Below, piece by piece: positions 62,459 to 64,000 of a DNA stretch of 64,000 nt. The notes under the pieces were generated by a model. The model had not been told where the DNA came from. It did not search any database and was given only the letters and a program-made list of their open reading frames with translations. Every line of letters starts with the position of its first letter. The first letter of the stretch is position 1. Position numbers and translations under genes: made by a program. Origin of the DNA: an uncultured Moraxellaceae bacterium (GTDB lineage Bacteria > Pseudomonadota > Gammaproteobacteria > Pseudomonadales > Moraxellaceae); the NCBI GenBank assembly GCA_964373105.1, contig CAYJTU010000001.1:5217-69216 (forward strand), read 5' to 3'.

Positions 62459-63220
62459 TCAGGTACTCGCGCGACGTTTTTCAAGTATACGCCCAAAGAC
62501 CAGTCCTAATTCAAATAATAACCACATCGGGATCGCCAACATCGCCATACTGATTGCATCAGGCGGGGTCACAAACATCGCAATCGCAAAGCAACCAACG
62601 ATGATATAGCGTCGTTTTGCCACCAGGGATTCAACGGTCACCACACCCGCCAAGATCAACAGCAGGGTCGCGATCGGGATTTCAAAGGTGAGGCCAAAGA
62701 CCAAAAACAGCTTTAAACAAAAGTTTAAATAGAGGTTGATATCCGTCATGGGCACCACGCTTTGTGGCGCAATATGGATAAAGAATGTCAAGATCGAAGG
62801 TAGCGTAATGAAGTAGGCAAACGCGACACCAATATAGAATAAAACAATACTAGAGCCCAGCATAGGGATGGCGAGTTTACGCTCATGCTTGTACAGTGCG
62901 GGGGCAATGAACTGCCAAATTTGATGCAGGATATACGGCATGCCGATCATAATTGCGACAAAAAAAGTCAGCTTAAACGGTGCCATAAAGGTCGACGTAA
63001 TGTCGGTGGCAATCATGGTCGCGTTTGGCGGAAGCTGAGCACGCAGGGGCACGGACAGCATCTCATATAAATCACGGGCAAAATAGGCCAATGAAAAGAA
63101 GATCAAGCCGACACAACTGAAGATCCGAATAAGATGCTTACGCAGTTCAATCAAATGCGCAGTGATGGGCATCTCTGCGTGATTATCGGTGGATTCTGGT
63201 GGGGGTAGTGCTTCGGTCAT
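62459..63220 (-). CDS. tatC: Twin-arginine translocase subunit TatC
   Basis: HLIELR, WQFIAPALYKHE, FGLTFEIP, TPPDAISM. Confidence 0.97.
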   Translation of the reverse strand: MTEALPPPESTDNHAEMPITAHLIELRKHLIRIFSCVGLIFFSLAYFARDLYEMLSVPLRAQLPPNATMIATDITSTFMAPFKLTFFVAIMIGMPYILHQIWQFIAPALYKHERKLAIPMLGSSIVLFYIGVAFAYFITLPSILTFFIHIAPQSVVPMTDINLYLNFCLKLFLVFGLTFEIPIATLLLILAGVVTVESLVAKRRYIIVGCFAIAMFVTPPDAISMAMLAIPMWLLFELGLVFGRILEKRRAST

Positions 63221-63705
63221 GAGTGTGTTGTATCTGAGGTGAGTATCGTCTCATGGGCGCGATGAGAGGCTTTACGAAACTGAAAAGGCGTCTGCGGAAC
63301 CAGTGTGTCGCGTTCTGACGCTGACAGCAGGACATAAGGATGACGGGTAGACCCCATATCCGCAGGTGAAGGCAGAGCGGCAGTCTCTTCTGGCAGTGCA
63401 TCGCTTGGGTTCGACTTCTCCAAGCTGACCGCGTCACCTTGAATATTTTGATGAATCGTATTCACCTCACTATTCAGTGATTGCTCGGCGATGCGAATTT
63501 TTTCAAGCTCGTCATTCATCCGCTTGCGCATTTCCGCAAGATTCACTTCTTGCTCAATTTCAGCTTGAATCGTCGAAATGCTGCGACGAATACGCCCATA
63601 CCAAGCCCCCGCCATCCGTGCAGCATGTGGCAGCTTTTCAGGTCCTAGCACGATCAATGCGACAGCGCCCAGCAATAAAATTTCAGTAAAGCCGATGTCT
63701 AACAC
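63217..63705 (-). CDS. tatB: Twin-arginine translocase subunit TatB
   Basis: MLDIGFTEILLLGAVALIVLGPEKLP. Confidence 0.95.
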   Translation of the reverse strand: MLDIGFTEILLLGAVALIVLGPEKLPHAARMAGAWYGRIRRSISTIQAEIEQEVNLAEMRKRMNDELEKIRIAEQSLNSEVNTIHQNIQGDAVSLEKSNPSDALPEETAALPSPADMGSTRHPYVLLSASERDTLVPQTPFQFRKASHRAHETILTSDTTHS

Positions 63706-63794
63706 GTCAGAGCTCTCTTTAAAAACGGGTTCTTAAAAAACTTGTAAAAGTTGTGCGGTATCTGTGACTTGTACCGCTTTTAAAAAATCACCGT

Positions 63795-64000
63795 TTAGAC
63801 TTTGTCTTTATCATGTTGTTGGGTGCGCTGGGCATTGCCATCAAGCGTCCGATCTTGTTCCAATTTAGCGGTTTCTTCATCTTTGACCGACTCTTTGAAA
63901 CCTTTGATCGCGCCACCTAAATCTTTGCCAAGATTTTTGAGTTTAGAGGTGCCGAAAAGCAAGATCACGACAACTAAAATCAAAATCAAATGTGCAGGAG
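63795..64000 (-). CDS. tatA: Twin-arginine translocase subunit TatA (5' end lies beyond the window)
   Basis: HLILILVVVILLFGTSKLKNLGKDLGGAIKGFK; frame open to the window edge. Confidence 0.95.
   Translation of the reverse strand, partial: PAHLILILVVVILLFGTSKLKNLGKDLGGAIKGFKESVKDEETAKLEQDRTLDGNAQRTQQHDKDKV

Overview
A 64 kb chromosomal window from a Gammaproteobacterium. Gene order (lgt-thyA-folA, metX-metW-sel1-rdgB, mlaA-gigA/gigB-like, rpoN-hpf, bolA-murA-hisG/D/C, gacS-cysM, tatABC) points to Moraxellaceae, close to but not necessarily within Acinetobacter (inference). About 1-40 kb and 57-64 kb are mostly housekeeping. The 40-57 kb accessory region holds three notable modules. (1) A DUF445-like gene broken by one in-frame TAG, downstream of a possible Abi-alpha-like gene. 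(2) An ~11 kb envelope cluster: DUF4331, small lipoprotein, TPR, HupE/UreJ, ECF sigma/RskA, facing a tandem-DUF4394 lipoprotein, a TonB-dependent receptor and a fasciclin. Its two outer promoters share TGAATC(C/T)-N16-CGTA. (3) A probable nitrogen-scavenging module: a TIM-barrel gene and a 2OG-Fe(II) dioxygenase plus ABC substrate-binding protein. Both units have sigma-54 promoters. The dioxygenase promoter has tandem NtrC-like sites and an IHF-like site, and its leader carries a two-hairpin ACGA guanidine-II (mini-ykkC) riboswitch. No rRNA, tRNA, CRISPR array or transposase was recognised. All family calls come from motif recognition, not database searches.
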